A DNA stretch of 60,898 nucleotides from a virus (Duplodnaviria; Caudoviricetes). Numbering within the stretch: position 1 is the stretch's first letter; each line of letters begins with the position of its first letter. Under the pieces are notes generated by a model. The model searched no databases. It worked only from the letters and a program-made list of their open reading frames with translations, and was not told the origin of the DNA. Made by a program: the position numbers and the translations under genes. The DNA lies in IMG/VR virus record IMGVR_UViG_3300030328_000942, positions 1 to 60,898 of that record. One strand, 5' to 3'. Positions 9,606-20,800 of the stretch are shown in pieces.

Positions 9606-9801
9606 AAGTCAAGGATACTATGTAATCAAATTAGTAAAGACCAATAAGAATGGGATACCTGATTTGATAGCCATACCTCCTAACTCTGATGTATTGTTCA
9701 GTGAAGTAAAGAAACCTACAGGAAAAGTTTCTAAGCTTCAAGAGTATCGCTTAAAAGAACTAAACGAGTATGGAATCAAAACAGAAATATATACAGGATA
9801 A
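9562..9801 (+). CDS. VRR-NUC domain nuclease
   Basis: EQQIQ...GIPDL...FSEVK...GKVSKLQ motif; paired with SNF2 helicase. Confidence 0.85.
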   Translation: MTEQQIQKKRIQELESQGYYVIKLVKTNKNGIPDLIAIPPNSDVLFSEVKKPTGKVSKLQEYRLKELNEYGIKTEIYTG

Positions 9802-10141
9802 TTACTACTATGAAGTAGATGATTGGTTTGTAGATAGATTAAAATCTTTACCAAGACAACACGGTATTGAAATAGCATCAATGATTGATTTCAACTTTGA
9901 TATTTTACCTGACCGAATAGGGTGGACTCAACACGTAGGAGGAGTGTGTACCAAATATAAAGACCCAATTTATTTTGAAGTAGAATATTTAAAAGAACCA
10001 ATGCAACCTCCTATCTTTTTAGATATAGACCTCATTGAGGTAGATGATTACCTCGACTATATATTAGATAAAAATATACTTATAATTAACTCCAATGATA
10101 AAACCGATTGTCCAACACCAAGTCAAGCAGACGCTCCTTAA
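9770..10141 (+). CDS. Hypothetical protein
   Basis: ORF track. Confidence 0.7.
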   Translation: MESKQKYIQDNYYYEVDDWFVDRLKSLPRQHGIEIASMIDFNFDILPDRIGWTQHVGGVCTKYKDPIYFEVEYLKEPMQPPIFLDIDLIEVDDYLDYILDKNILIINSNDKTDCPTPSQADAP

Positions 10142-10628
10142 TTTAATAGAAAAATACTTAGACGTTAACTTGCTTTCCAAATCACGTAAGCAGGAAAATG
10201 TATTTGGAAGAATGATTTACTACAAGATTCTTAGAGAACAACGTCACGGTTTCCAAGCCATCGCTCACTCCCTAAATAAAAACCACGCCACTGTTATTCA
10301 CGCCATTAAAACCTTTGATAACTTATATGATTCAGAAAAAGAATTAAGACAGTCTTATGAAATAATTAAAGAGATATATTTCGACATTGAAGGCAATCAT
10401 CCACTGACTTTTACTACTCGCCCTGAATTAATTGAGAAGGTGATTAGTTTGGAAAAACAAAATAAAAGTTTAAATTTGTCAAATGAAATGTTGAAAGATA
10501 GTCTAAAAAATTATCAACAGTACGATGAGTTTATTGAATTAATTAAAGAAAGATGTCTTGCTGATGAAACCAAAGAGTATGTCTATAAAAAATTAAATAT
10601 GATATTAAATGGAATACACCGTAAATGA
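10095..10628 (+). CDS. Second DnaA-domain-IV-like HTH protein with C-terminal coiled coil
   Basis: KSRKQENVFGRMIYYKIL...IAHSLNKNHATVIHAIK. Confidence 0.7.
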   Translation: MIKPIVQHQVKQTLLNLIEKYLDVNLLSKSRKQENVFGRMIYYKILREQRHGFQAIAHSLNKNHATVIHAIKTFDNLYDSEKELRQSYEIIKEIYFDIEGNHPLTFTTRPELIEKVISLEKQNKSLNLSNEMLKDSLKNYQQYDEFIELIKERCLADETKEYVYKKLNMILNGIHRK

Positions 10629-10845
10629 TTTGGAAAAAATAATGAGCTTTACTTCTTGGAATGCCAAGAAAAAAATAGACGAGCTTCTTCGAATAGACTG
10701 CACGATGTATACCACATTGGGGTGTGACTCAACAGAAAAAGAAAAAGCTCAGGTTAAATCTCGTTCCCGCAAAATATATAATCATATAAAAAAACTCGAC
10801 CATAGAATGGGAGAAGAGTTTTTAATAGCTATGGATAAGAGGTGA
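10609..10845 (+). CDS. Hypothetical protein
   Basis: ORF track. Confidence 0.7.
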   Translation: MEYTVNDLEKIMSFTSWNAKKKIDELLRIDCTMYTTLGCDSTEKEKAQVKSRSRKIYNHIKKLDHRMGEEFLIAMDKR

Positions 10846-11036
10846 GAAACAACGTGTCATCCATAGAAAACGAAAGACTTACTTACATCAATCTCACGAT
10901 GGATGGATTACACAACCGACTCGATAATGTTTATGAGGGATTAGTAGACAGAGAAATAAAAGAAACTCAAACAGAAATTAAATCCTTAATGGAAGAGCTT
11001 AAGTCTCTTCACGATTCAATGGAGGATGACTTATAA
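10842..11036 (+). CDS. Small coiled-coil protein
   Basis: ORF track; GTGA overlap. Confidence 0.6.
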   Translation: MRNNVSSIENERLTYINLTMDGLHNRLDNVYEGLVDREIKETQTEIKSLMEELKSLHDSMEDDL

Positions 11037-11415
11037 GGTATGCAGTGGATGTGGTAAGAAAAAAAAAGAATCTTGCTATTATCTTACAGGTCACGTAACA
11101 AAAGAAGGGCGTAATATTCCACGAAGAAAATGTAAGAAATGTGTACAAGGAGTCAAACAAAAGAGAAGAGAAAATATTAGGGCGTGGTTAAAACAATATA
11201 AAAGAAATAGTGCTTGTGCTAAATGCGGTTACTCTAAAGAAACACACGCTTCGTTTAACATTAAAGCATTAGAGTTTCATCACCCCCAAGATAATAAAGA
11301 GTTTAATATAGCTGATGCAGCAAGTAGAGGAATGAAGATAGACAACCTACTTAAAGAAATAGATAAATGTGTATTACTTTGTGCTCGGTGTCATATTGAA
11401 ATACATAGTAAATGA
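11026..11415 (+). CDS. HNH endonuclease-like Zn-binding protein
   Basis: CxxC pairs, LEFHH, KCVLLCARCHIEIH. Confidence 0.75.
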   Translation: MTYKVCSGCGKKKKESCYYLTGHVTKEGRNIPRRKCKKCVQGVKQKRRENIRAWLKQYKRNSACAKCGYSKETHASFNIKALEFHHPQDNKEFNIADAASRGMKIDNLLKEIDKCVLLCARCHIEIHSK

Positions 11416-11822
11416 GATTCGAATCTAATAAAGATTTAAGTAGGGAGAAAAAGGCTATAGAAAAATTTGTTTCTAAGTTCAAAGGCACCTACAAAAAACT
11501 CGGAGAAAATGATGTAGACTACAGGGTCTTCGATGAATCAGGTAAGCTTATCGCTTACGTAGAAGTTAAAGGAAGATATAAAACCCTATCAATGGCTTAT
11601 CCGTTACCTGTTGCTGCACGTAAAGTGGTAAAGCTATGTGATAAAAGATTGAATCCTGTTTTGATATGGGCGTGTGAGGATGGAATTATCTACGGTAAAC
11701 CCACACACTTAAAGGGCTCGGTTAGATGGGGTGGTAGGAAACCACGAGAAGGTTCCGTTAATGATGAAGAGCTGATGATTTACTACGACAAACAAAAAGA
11801 GTTTAGATACTTTAGATACTAA
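11412..11822 (+). CDS. PD-(D/E)XK-family nuclease-like protein
   Basis: VDY...YVEVKGR motif. Confidence 0.6.
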   Translation: MRFESNKDLSREKKAIEKFVSKFKGTYKKLGENDVDYRVFDESGKLIAYVEVKGRYKTLSMAYPLPVAARKVVKLCDKRLNPVLIWACEDGIIYGKPTHLKGSVRWGGRKPREGSVNDEELMIYYDKQKEFRYFRY

Positions 11823-11838
11823 GTGTCTTTGAAGACAC
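11823..11838 (-). repeat. 16-bp palindrome copy 7 (TTTGAA on +), exactly filling the gap between the two convergent genome arms
   Basis: Lies between the TAA ending at 11822 and the minus-strand stop at 11838. Confidence 0.95.
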
Positions 11839-14800
11839 TAATCTATTTTATAAAGCTTACCGTTTCTTTCTACGTAACCTCTTTTTCTAAGAGCTTCTTT
11901 TCTAATTTCTCTTTTTTCTTTTTCTATCGCATCCCTTCTACCATATATTTTTTCGTATAGTTCAGGGTCGTATCTTTTTAATTGTGTTTTGGTTCTTATT
12001 CCTCCTTCAGGAATTACGCCTTCCAAGTTTGGACCTCTTCTACCGTGACCCGGTCTGTAAGATGGAGTAACACCTAATAATTCATATATGTTTTCATAAA
12101 ACTCTTTTTCACTAACATCTCCAAACGTACCATCTTGTATGGCATTATAAAGAGCAACCATTGGGTCTAATTGTGTTTTTAATACAATTTCTGCTATTGG
12201 CTGAACATATTTTTCAAAAGCATTATCTGACTCCATAAGCTTAGTAACCTTTCTGTCAATCGATTTAATAGGGTTAACAACATCGTCTACCTTTCTCGGT
12301 TTGTCATACATCCACTTAGCATTCAACTCTTCTATATATGCTCCAAATAAAGGTATCTGATACAGTAAATTCATTCCCATTAAAGCCTCTCCCACTTTTT
12401 TGTAGAATAAATCTTGGTCATCTTTATCTCCTCGTGTTAATAGTGCAAGGTTAGATACCCCAACAAACAATGCGTTAGCTACGGCAGCGTTTAAATAAAA
12501 ACTTCTTATGTCTTCTTTTTGGATTCCTTTTTTCCCAAAGAAACTTTCTTTCTTATCGATTGCATCTCTAAAAGCTCTACGCATATTAGTTGCATTTTGC
12601 ATTACGTTATTCATTTGCAAGAATAATGTACTACCAAACATAGTAAATACACGAGATTGAAAATCTCCTTGTAATTGCAGTGGAACTTTTTCCGTATTAC
12701 TTCTTGTTTGCTGAGTAGATTCATATGCATTAAACGCTTCTAACGCTTCTGCCTCAGTCATTCCGTTAGCGATATTTCTTTTGTAGTTAATGTAGTAACC
12801 CATCACCCCAAGTATATCCCCCAAAATAGTAGGAGCCGCAGCGATTTGTTTTACTTTTCTTCTAATTCGTGCTAAGTAGGAAGTCCCCTGACCGGCTTCT
12901 TTATAAGTTTGGCTACCTGATTCAAGACCATAGATATCCCCTTCTAAACCTTCCCGTATACGTTGGTCAAACAATGCAGATTTTTCTCTCATCTTAGCGA
13001 TAGCCCCTTTCTTTCCTAACAAACCCTTACCTATATCTAAAAGAACTCCTACCAAATCTACAGGGAACATTACTGCGTCCACTGCACTTTGTACCACACT
13101 TGGAATATTACTATTTTTTGGAAAATAATTATACTTAGAGTATGCATTTACAAAAGATGTGGCTTGTTTAGGTATTTGCACTAATTTCAAACCTAATGCC
13201 CACGAGGTAAAGAAGCTCTGAAATTTGCTCAATATGTCTCGTCCAACTCTTCCTGCTTTGGTTTTACTCATCATTGATGCTTGAGCTGCTGCTCTTGGAT
13301 TTACCGCAGCATTTACAAGCATTCTTGTTAATCCCGCCATACCCGTTTCTTCCAACAACACATTAACAGATTCTACTTTAAAGAAGTTGTTTATTTCTTT
13401 TACCGGCATTGCATAAGCTTTGTACGTTTCCATAGTTTCCATATGGTTCATAAGCACACCGGTAAAGGTTCCTCCTTTTAAATCTATATCACTACCAAAG
13501 TCTGTCCTATCTTTAAATGCAGGTGCAGTTTCAGCGTTGAATATTTTACTAAAGTCTCCATCTACTAACATATTTCCGTCAACCTTTGGCTTGATAATTT
13601 TAGTTGGAAAATAATTTTCTACAAACCCTAAACTGACTCCATTAGCTTGTTTATATACGGAGTTAACTTCATTAAAATAATCGGTACTTAAATAGTTAAC
13701 CATCTTATCTGCAAAGCTTAGCAGTTCAGGACCAAGCGTTGCTTCTATTTCCGCCATTACTTCCGGAGTAATTCCTTGATTAATTAGTTTCTTTCTCTGA
13801 ACATCATTTTTATACAACGCATAGAGTCGAAGCATTTGATTTGCATTAAGCTCGGTTTTATATTCATTAACCTGTCTTTTACCTTTTCTAACTACGTTTT
13901 CTTTTAGGTTAAAAGTTTTGGTGTTAATAATACCTCTGTAATTAAACCCTAATAAACTGTTTAATTTTCTTTCTACTCCTAAGAATCCATTTTCAATACC
14001 TGACTCTGTCGCAAAATCATTAAGAGTCTGCTTCATTGTTCTTATATTTTGTAAAGAAACTTCTCTTGTACGTGTTAATTTTCTATATACTTTATCTGTA
14101 AACAAGGTAAGTTTTCTATTCTTATTGTCTAAGAAATTGGTTACGGTCTGTAAGTTGGTAAGCGAATTTTTAAATGAGCTTAGAGCAGAATTAGTACGCC
14201 CAAATAATGCGTCTGTTATTTTATCAACAACATTACGAATACCACGTTTGATAAAATTTTGTCTTATCTGCTCTTTGTCAGCAGTTCTTTGTGCTTCACC
14301 TTTTAATGTACCATCCTCATTAAATAAATCAGGATTAGTCTCTTGGATTTGAGTATCTAACTCTTCCTTTAAAGAAGCAGCATCCGCTTGTTCTTGTAGT
14401 CTACGATTATTCATTCTAAGAATAGACTCCTTTGCTACCCCTTTCATATCGTTTAAAACTTGTTGTGCCTCTTCCAAACTTGCAGTTTCTAAATCGGCAA
14501 ACATATCAAAGGCAGCTTGTTTTTGCACAAGGTTTTCTTGTTCAGCAGTAAGCTCTTGGTCATTCATCATTAACTCATAAGCGGCTGCTAATTCATCTTG
14601 TCTTGCCTCTAAATCAGTTTTAACTTCTTGAATCGCTATAGCTCTTGCTTCAGGGTCTGTTAAACTCAGAGCTTTTAAAATTTGTTTTGCGTTTTCAAAA
14701 AATAAAACCCCAACATTATCTAAACCTTTTGGTCTACGCTTCCCTGATTGTTTACGTGTAGAAGATTTTTTCTTTGCCGTTGATATTATCTCTCTAATAA

Positions 14801-17800
14801 TACTACGTTTCATTTTAGCTCTTTGCTCATCCACAAGACGCATAACCTTTTCCATTTGCCTCTGCATCTGCTCAGGTGTTTTTATGTCATTCACGGCATT
14901 AATAAACCTATTTATCTGTGCTTGAGTATAATCTTGTGACTTAGGTAGTACAGTTCTAATATAATTTTTTAGTTGGGTTTTTAATTCTTGTAAGTTTTGA
15001 GCCCCTATAGTTCTGTCCTTTAAGGTTTTCTTTAATTGGGAAATTTGTTGAGATACATTTTTATTTCCTCTATACCCAAGACTTCTATCTAAACCTACAC
15101 GTAGTTCCATTTGAACTGTGTCAGTTTGTTGTTTGTATGTTGGGTGTGCTTGAATTAACTCTTGAGCTTTTTGTCTTATCTCTGAAAAAGTTTTCACTCT
15201 CTTCTTGCCAATTATATTAGCTCTTCCTGATGTAGCAAATTTTTCTAATGCTATTTTAATGTCATTAAACATTTGAGCCGCCACTTGTATACCGCCCTCA
15301 ACTCTTTGAAACTCAGAAGGCATTTCACCAAACACATCTACTTTATATGTTAAAGCAGTATCTATGTCTGCTTTTTTAAATCCTCTTCCTTTTAAAACCT
15401 CACGAATAGTTGCATCTGAAAACCCATTTTCTCTACCCTTCTTTACTACATCAGTTATAGATAAGTCTGTACTAAATGCTACTTCGGGATTCTTCATCTT
15501 CTTTAACTGACTATCAGTCATAGGTAATTTTTTCCCTGCGAATATATCTGCAAGAGCGGACCCAATAAATTCATCAAGGGTTAAGGCTTGTATTTCTTCT
15601 GCACTTAAGTCTTGGGTTTGTTTAAACTGTGACTTGATATAGTTCCACATACCAAGAAGCCATTCTTTGAACTTAGATTTAATGGAAGCATCCGCTATAG
15701 TTTGACCTTTATTTCCAATCAGAATAGCCATTGTTTCATTAGCTGCTCTTGCTTTATCTCCGTCAAACTTTTTTAGTTGTCGCTGATACTCTTCTGTTTG
15801 TTCTACAAGAGTAACCCCTTTTGCGTAGATAGTTCTACCTTTCTTTGTGGTCTTTAAATAATCTGTCCACACGTGTCCCATCTCGTGAATAGAAGTGTTA
15901 TGCAGTGCAGAAGTGGAATTATGTACGTCAGGATTGATGTATATATCTCCATCCACTGTGACACCATAAACTGTTTGACCACCTTTCTTATACTTCATTA
16001 CATTATCTTGAGACATTACTGTTTCAAAAGTAGCTTTGTCAGTAGTAATATTAGTTTGTGGAAATGATAGATTCATAAATGCAGTTAGCTTAGTTGCATT
16101 GTCTACATTACCTTGTGATATAGCTCCTACAAATTCAAGGTTAGGCATACCGATTTGTACACCAAGCGTTTCGGTAAGTATACTTCCTACACTTGACGGT
16201 GCAAGTTCACCCGCTTCCGGCATAGTTTTTCTATCTTCTACCGATGCCCGTTCTCTTTGTTTCTGCGTAACTTTTTTTCCTTTCGCCTCTGATTTAATTA
16301 ATCCTCCCATAGCATTTTGATATGCTTGAGGAAATGCCTTTACAAGGGAAACAGGATTTTCTAATATTCCTATACTTTTTCCTTTAACACCAAATGGATA
16401 ATTAGGATGAGTGCTTTCTAACACTTCAGGATTTAACACATCTACTCCTTGTAAAGCCACGATGCTTCGATTAGGTACGTTAGCTAACTGTGGTTCTGTA
16501 AGTATATCTGTTATCTCTGCAAGGTGAACTAATTTAAAGGCATCTTTTTCCATACCCTCTATTAATATATTAGGTATAAGTTTTTGTCCTTTAGTTGCCG
16601 TCTTTTTTGTTCCCGGCTTATTTGGTTCACCAAACGTAAATGTTTTAAGAAACTCTGTACGAGTAGGTAAGTTTAGTTTTTGTAAGAACTCTACTGATAC
16701 CACATCATCTAAAGTTTCAGGTTGTTGTTCGTTAATTAATTCTATAACATTTTTAAGTCCCGCTATTTCTTTAGCATAATTTTTATTGGTTAATGGAGAT
16801 TTTTTCCCTGAATCAATAGCTGCTTGTTTAGTTGCAATCTTTTTGTTTATCGCCCCTACAAGAGCCTCTAACGCCTTTTTACGGTTAACCTCAGGTATCT
16901 TACTTAAGTTGTCTCTAAACACTCTAAAAGTAGCCTCATTTGAAAGGATAGAACCTTCACCCATTTTTACTACCGGCATTGGAACAAGACCGTTGTATTC
17001 CGGATTGGCTGCCCAAAACTCTTCAAAGGTTGGTTTGTTTGCTTCGTAAACTGCAGTAGCTTTCTCTATTATATTACTTGCCTCTGTGTCTGTGGTGTTT
17101 GCCCAAGCTAAGTTTTGATTACCTTCAGTTCCTGTAAATCCTATACCTCCTTTTAAATTATCAATCGTGGTATTAGTTTGAGGATTCACAACATTACCTG
17201 TAGTAAGTTGGTCTGATATAGTAAATATAACAGGGACTCCATTAATAATTTCTAAAGACCCAATACTATTTATATCTGAATCAGTCCTTTGGTTTATATC
17301 ATTTACATCTATTGTAGACTCACTAACTGTTTCATCTAAATTAGTTTCTACATTTCCGGATGCTAACTCATTTATAGCCTCAGTAATTTGTGCTACCTCA
17401 TCTGTGTTAGGAACAAACTTACCTTCTTGCTTAAACTGTACATTACCATCTTCAATACGAGTACGTTTATTTCTTAACTCTTCAATTAAAGCTACTTTAG
17501 TTGCTCTGTTTCTTTTAGATTTTTTTATCTCCTCAATTTCAGCATCTATCTTATTTAATTCTTTTTGAATTGTTTTATTTTTTTGCTTATTGATTTTATT
17601 TACACGAGCTACTTCTGCTTTATATTCTCTCTTTAATTCTTTTATATCCTCTTTGTAGTTATCGATTTCCGCTTTTGCATCTTGTCTTAAGTCTGCTTTT
17701 TCTGCACTTGTTAGTCCTTTCTTTGCAAGGTCTTTTTTTAGTTGTTGTTTAGTATTTTCAATCTCAACATTTATATCTTCAATTTCTCCATCAAGCTCAG

Positions 17801-20800
17801 CTTTCGCATCTGCTTTAATCTCTGCCGGAGTAACCGGAGTGCTAAAAGTATATTCATCTCCAAACCCCTCTTCGGTTTCTGCTTCTTCTTTTGTTGCAGC
17901 TCTTTTCCCTTTCTTTGTAGACACCTCTACAGGTGGGGTAACTTCTTCTGTAGTTACTTCTTCTGTAGTAACCTCTTGTGTAGGTGTAACCTCTTCGGTA
18001 GCTACATCTTCTGTCGCTACATCTTCTTGGAATTTCGGAGGTGTTTTATAGTCTTGATACAAATGTTCCGCATTTTTTTCTGCTTGTTTTTTGGTAGGAA
18101 AATATTCAATGATATACGCCTCTTCCAATCCTCTTACGGGACTATCAAAACCGGTATCATCAAAATCCTCCGTGACCTCCATAGTTACACTCCATCTTCC
18201 ATCAGGGTTAACCGCTTCTCCCACTTCATTTATTTTCCCTCTATTTTCAATTGTAAACTTATAAAGAGGTGTTGTCGCTACATATACCCCTGCTCTTTGT
18301 TTCTTCCACTTTAGCTTCTTAGGTTGTTTTTTTATTGCCGCTTCTATCTTCGCTTTTTTCTCAGCCGGAGTAAGCTCGGTAGTAGATTCAACAACAGTTT
18401 CTCCCTCTAACATAGCCTCCATTTCAGCAACTGATTCTGCTTGTGTCTTTGAAGACACCATTTCATCTACACGCAATTGATTTGCACGAGTTTTTACAAC
18501 TCGTTTTTGAAATTCAGAAAGTTTTTGATTGGCTATTTGTTTGTCTGCAATACCTGCAAGTATTCTATCAAGACGGGATTGGTCAATAGTTTTATTATCA
18601 TAAGCTTGAACATCAGCTATAGTGGGTTGCTTAAGAGATTTAGGAACAACAATAGTTTCTGATTCTGTATCTACTGACACCTCCGCAGCTTTACGTTGTT
18701 TGTTTTCTTTGAAGATTCTTGCTGCTTCATTCATATTAGCAAAACTTTCTTCACGCAACTCAACTGCTTCTTCATTGGTTATATCACCATTGTTTAGAGC
18801 TTGTGTAATAGCTTTTGTTTTTTCTCTTCTTTGTTTACCTGTATCTTCATTTACTTCTATGGATGATAAAGGGTTATTCCCCACCACCTGTGGTGTTTCT
18901 ACCTCACTCTCCTGAGTGGTCGTAGATTCTGTGGTTTGTTCTTGAACGCCCCGTAACGATTCTTCCATCGTTTCCATATTTCCGGTTTGTTGATTTTCAT
19001 CCACTGTTCCTGTTTCTTGCTTTGAAATGGCATCTTGTCCAAATTTATCGGTTACTAATTCACTTACTTTTTCATCGTTGTCTATCGTTATGTTTGCTGC
19101 TTTTAATTCTTTAGGGGACATATCCATTATACGGCTCAAAAATTTTGAACGCTTCAGTGATTTCCCGTCTATTGTATATTTTGATTTTGCATCTGTTCTA
19201 ATGTCTACACCGGAAGTTTGATTCTCATTTAGACCTACAATCCCTGCGAGGTTAGTTTGAAATCCTTGTCCAAAAGTATTGCCTTGTTCTATTTGTGTAT
19301 CAGTAGCTGACTCAATATTTGGTCTAACAGTTTTAGTCTCTACCAACTCATTAAGCTCGGCTTTTATTTCTTTTAATTTACCTGAGAAAACTTCCCTTCT
19401 ATTAGATGAAGATTCAAGCTCTTGTTTTGCTGCCATCAACTCCATCGTTCTATTCAATACTTCAGGTGAAGATTTACCTTCTGTGGCGTTTAAAACATTT
19501 TGTGCGTCTTGCCTTAAGCCTAAGTTTACCTGTATTCTTTGGTTAGTTTCTGTGCTTATCTGTCCAAGCTTGTGCATATTGTTTGCCCAACTTGAAACCT
19601 TTGTAGGACTTGGAGCAAAAAATCCTTTAAGCTCATTATTTAAACCTCTTATAGAAGAGATGTCATTAGCTATAGTAGTGTTGTTTTGTGCACGTAAATC
19701 TAAAGCCGTATTTAGAGCCGCAAATGGAGCGTTGTTTCCAAGACCACCCATTGCTTCTGCAAATATCTCCTTCATCTCTATTTTATCTCCGGCTGAAATT
19801 TGTGCTGCTAATTCACCTGTCGCTTCTGCAAAAGGGTCAAACACTACACGTTCTCCTAATTGCACCGCTACTCTTCGTCCAAAAGAAGCAGTCTTTCCTG
19901 CGTTAAATACTCTACCGGCTAAACCTGAAGACAACATATCTACCACCGCAATTGGAATACCTCTTTGTGCTCCTCTCACATTTCCTTTCTTCCACACTAA
20001 AGGGTCGTTTAAAGCGGCAGTCATATCTTCAGGGTCATTTATATTATAACCCTCTTTACGAGCTACATCTAAAATAGCATTCGTGTATTCTAATGCGTAG
20101 GATGTGGCTGCAAATCCTGTCCTTAAACCCCATATAGCTCCGGCTGCTGCACCACCTCCCGTAGTAACTACACCACCGGGTCCTGTAACAAAACCTGTAG
20201 CACCTATACCTGCACCTATACCTGTTCCGGTTGCAGTTGTAGCTGCAATAATTTTAGTACCATACGGCAGCATTTGGTTTATACTATTAGCCGCCATACT
20301 AAACATCAACTCTGCGGGATTATCAGAGAATGCATCCCAAGCCTCACGAAAACCTTTAGCTCTATGCCATCTTCCCATAGCTCTACTTGTTTCTTCTGTA
20401 TTACTTGCATCTAAATAATCTACTATTCTTTGTGCAAGTTCAGCCGTGCTTTCATCGTCATCACCTTCAAGACCTAATGCCATTTTTAATATTTCATTAC
20501 CGGCTTTACCTCTATACCATCCTTCATCTACTTGCTGCATAAAACCTCCCCAATTATCTACAAGCTCTCCTCTTAAATTTTCATCAAACTTTCCGCTTAA
20601 ATAGGTTTGGGCTACTTCATATTCATTAGCAGCCAATGATGATACATCTTTAGTTGCTTTATAAGATGTAAGAATTGCATCTTGCATCTCTTTACCATCA
20701 TCATCTGTGGCGTTGTAATCTTTTAATTCATCTATGGTTAGTCCAAACTCTGCTAAAGATTTAGCCTCTAATTCATTACTAACATATTTTGCAGATGCGT

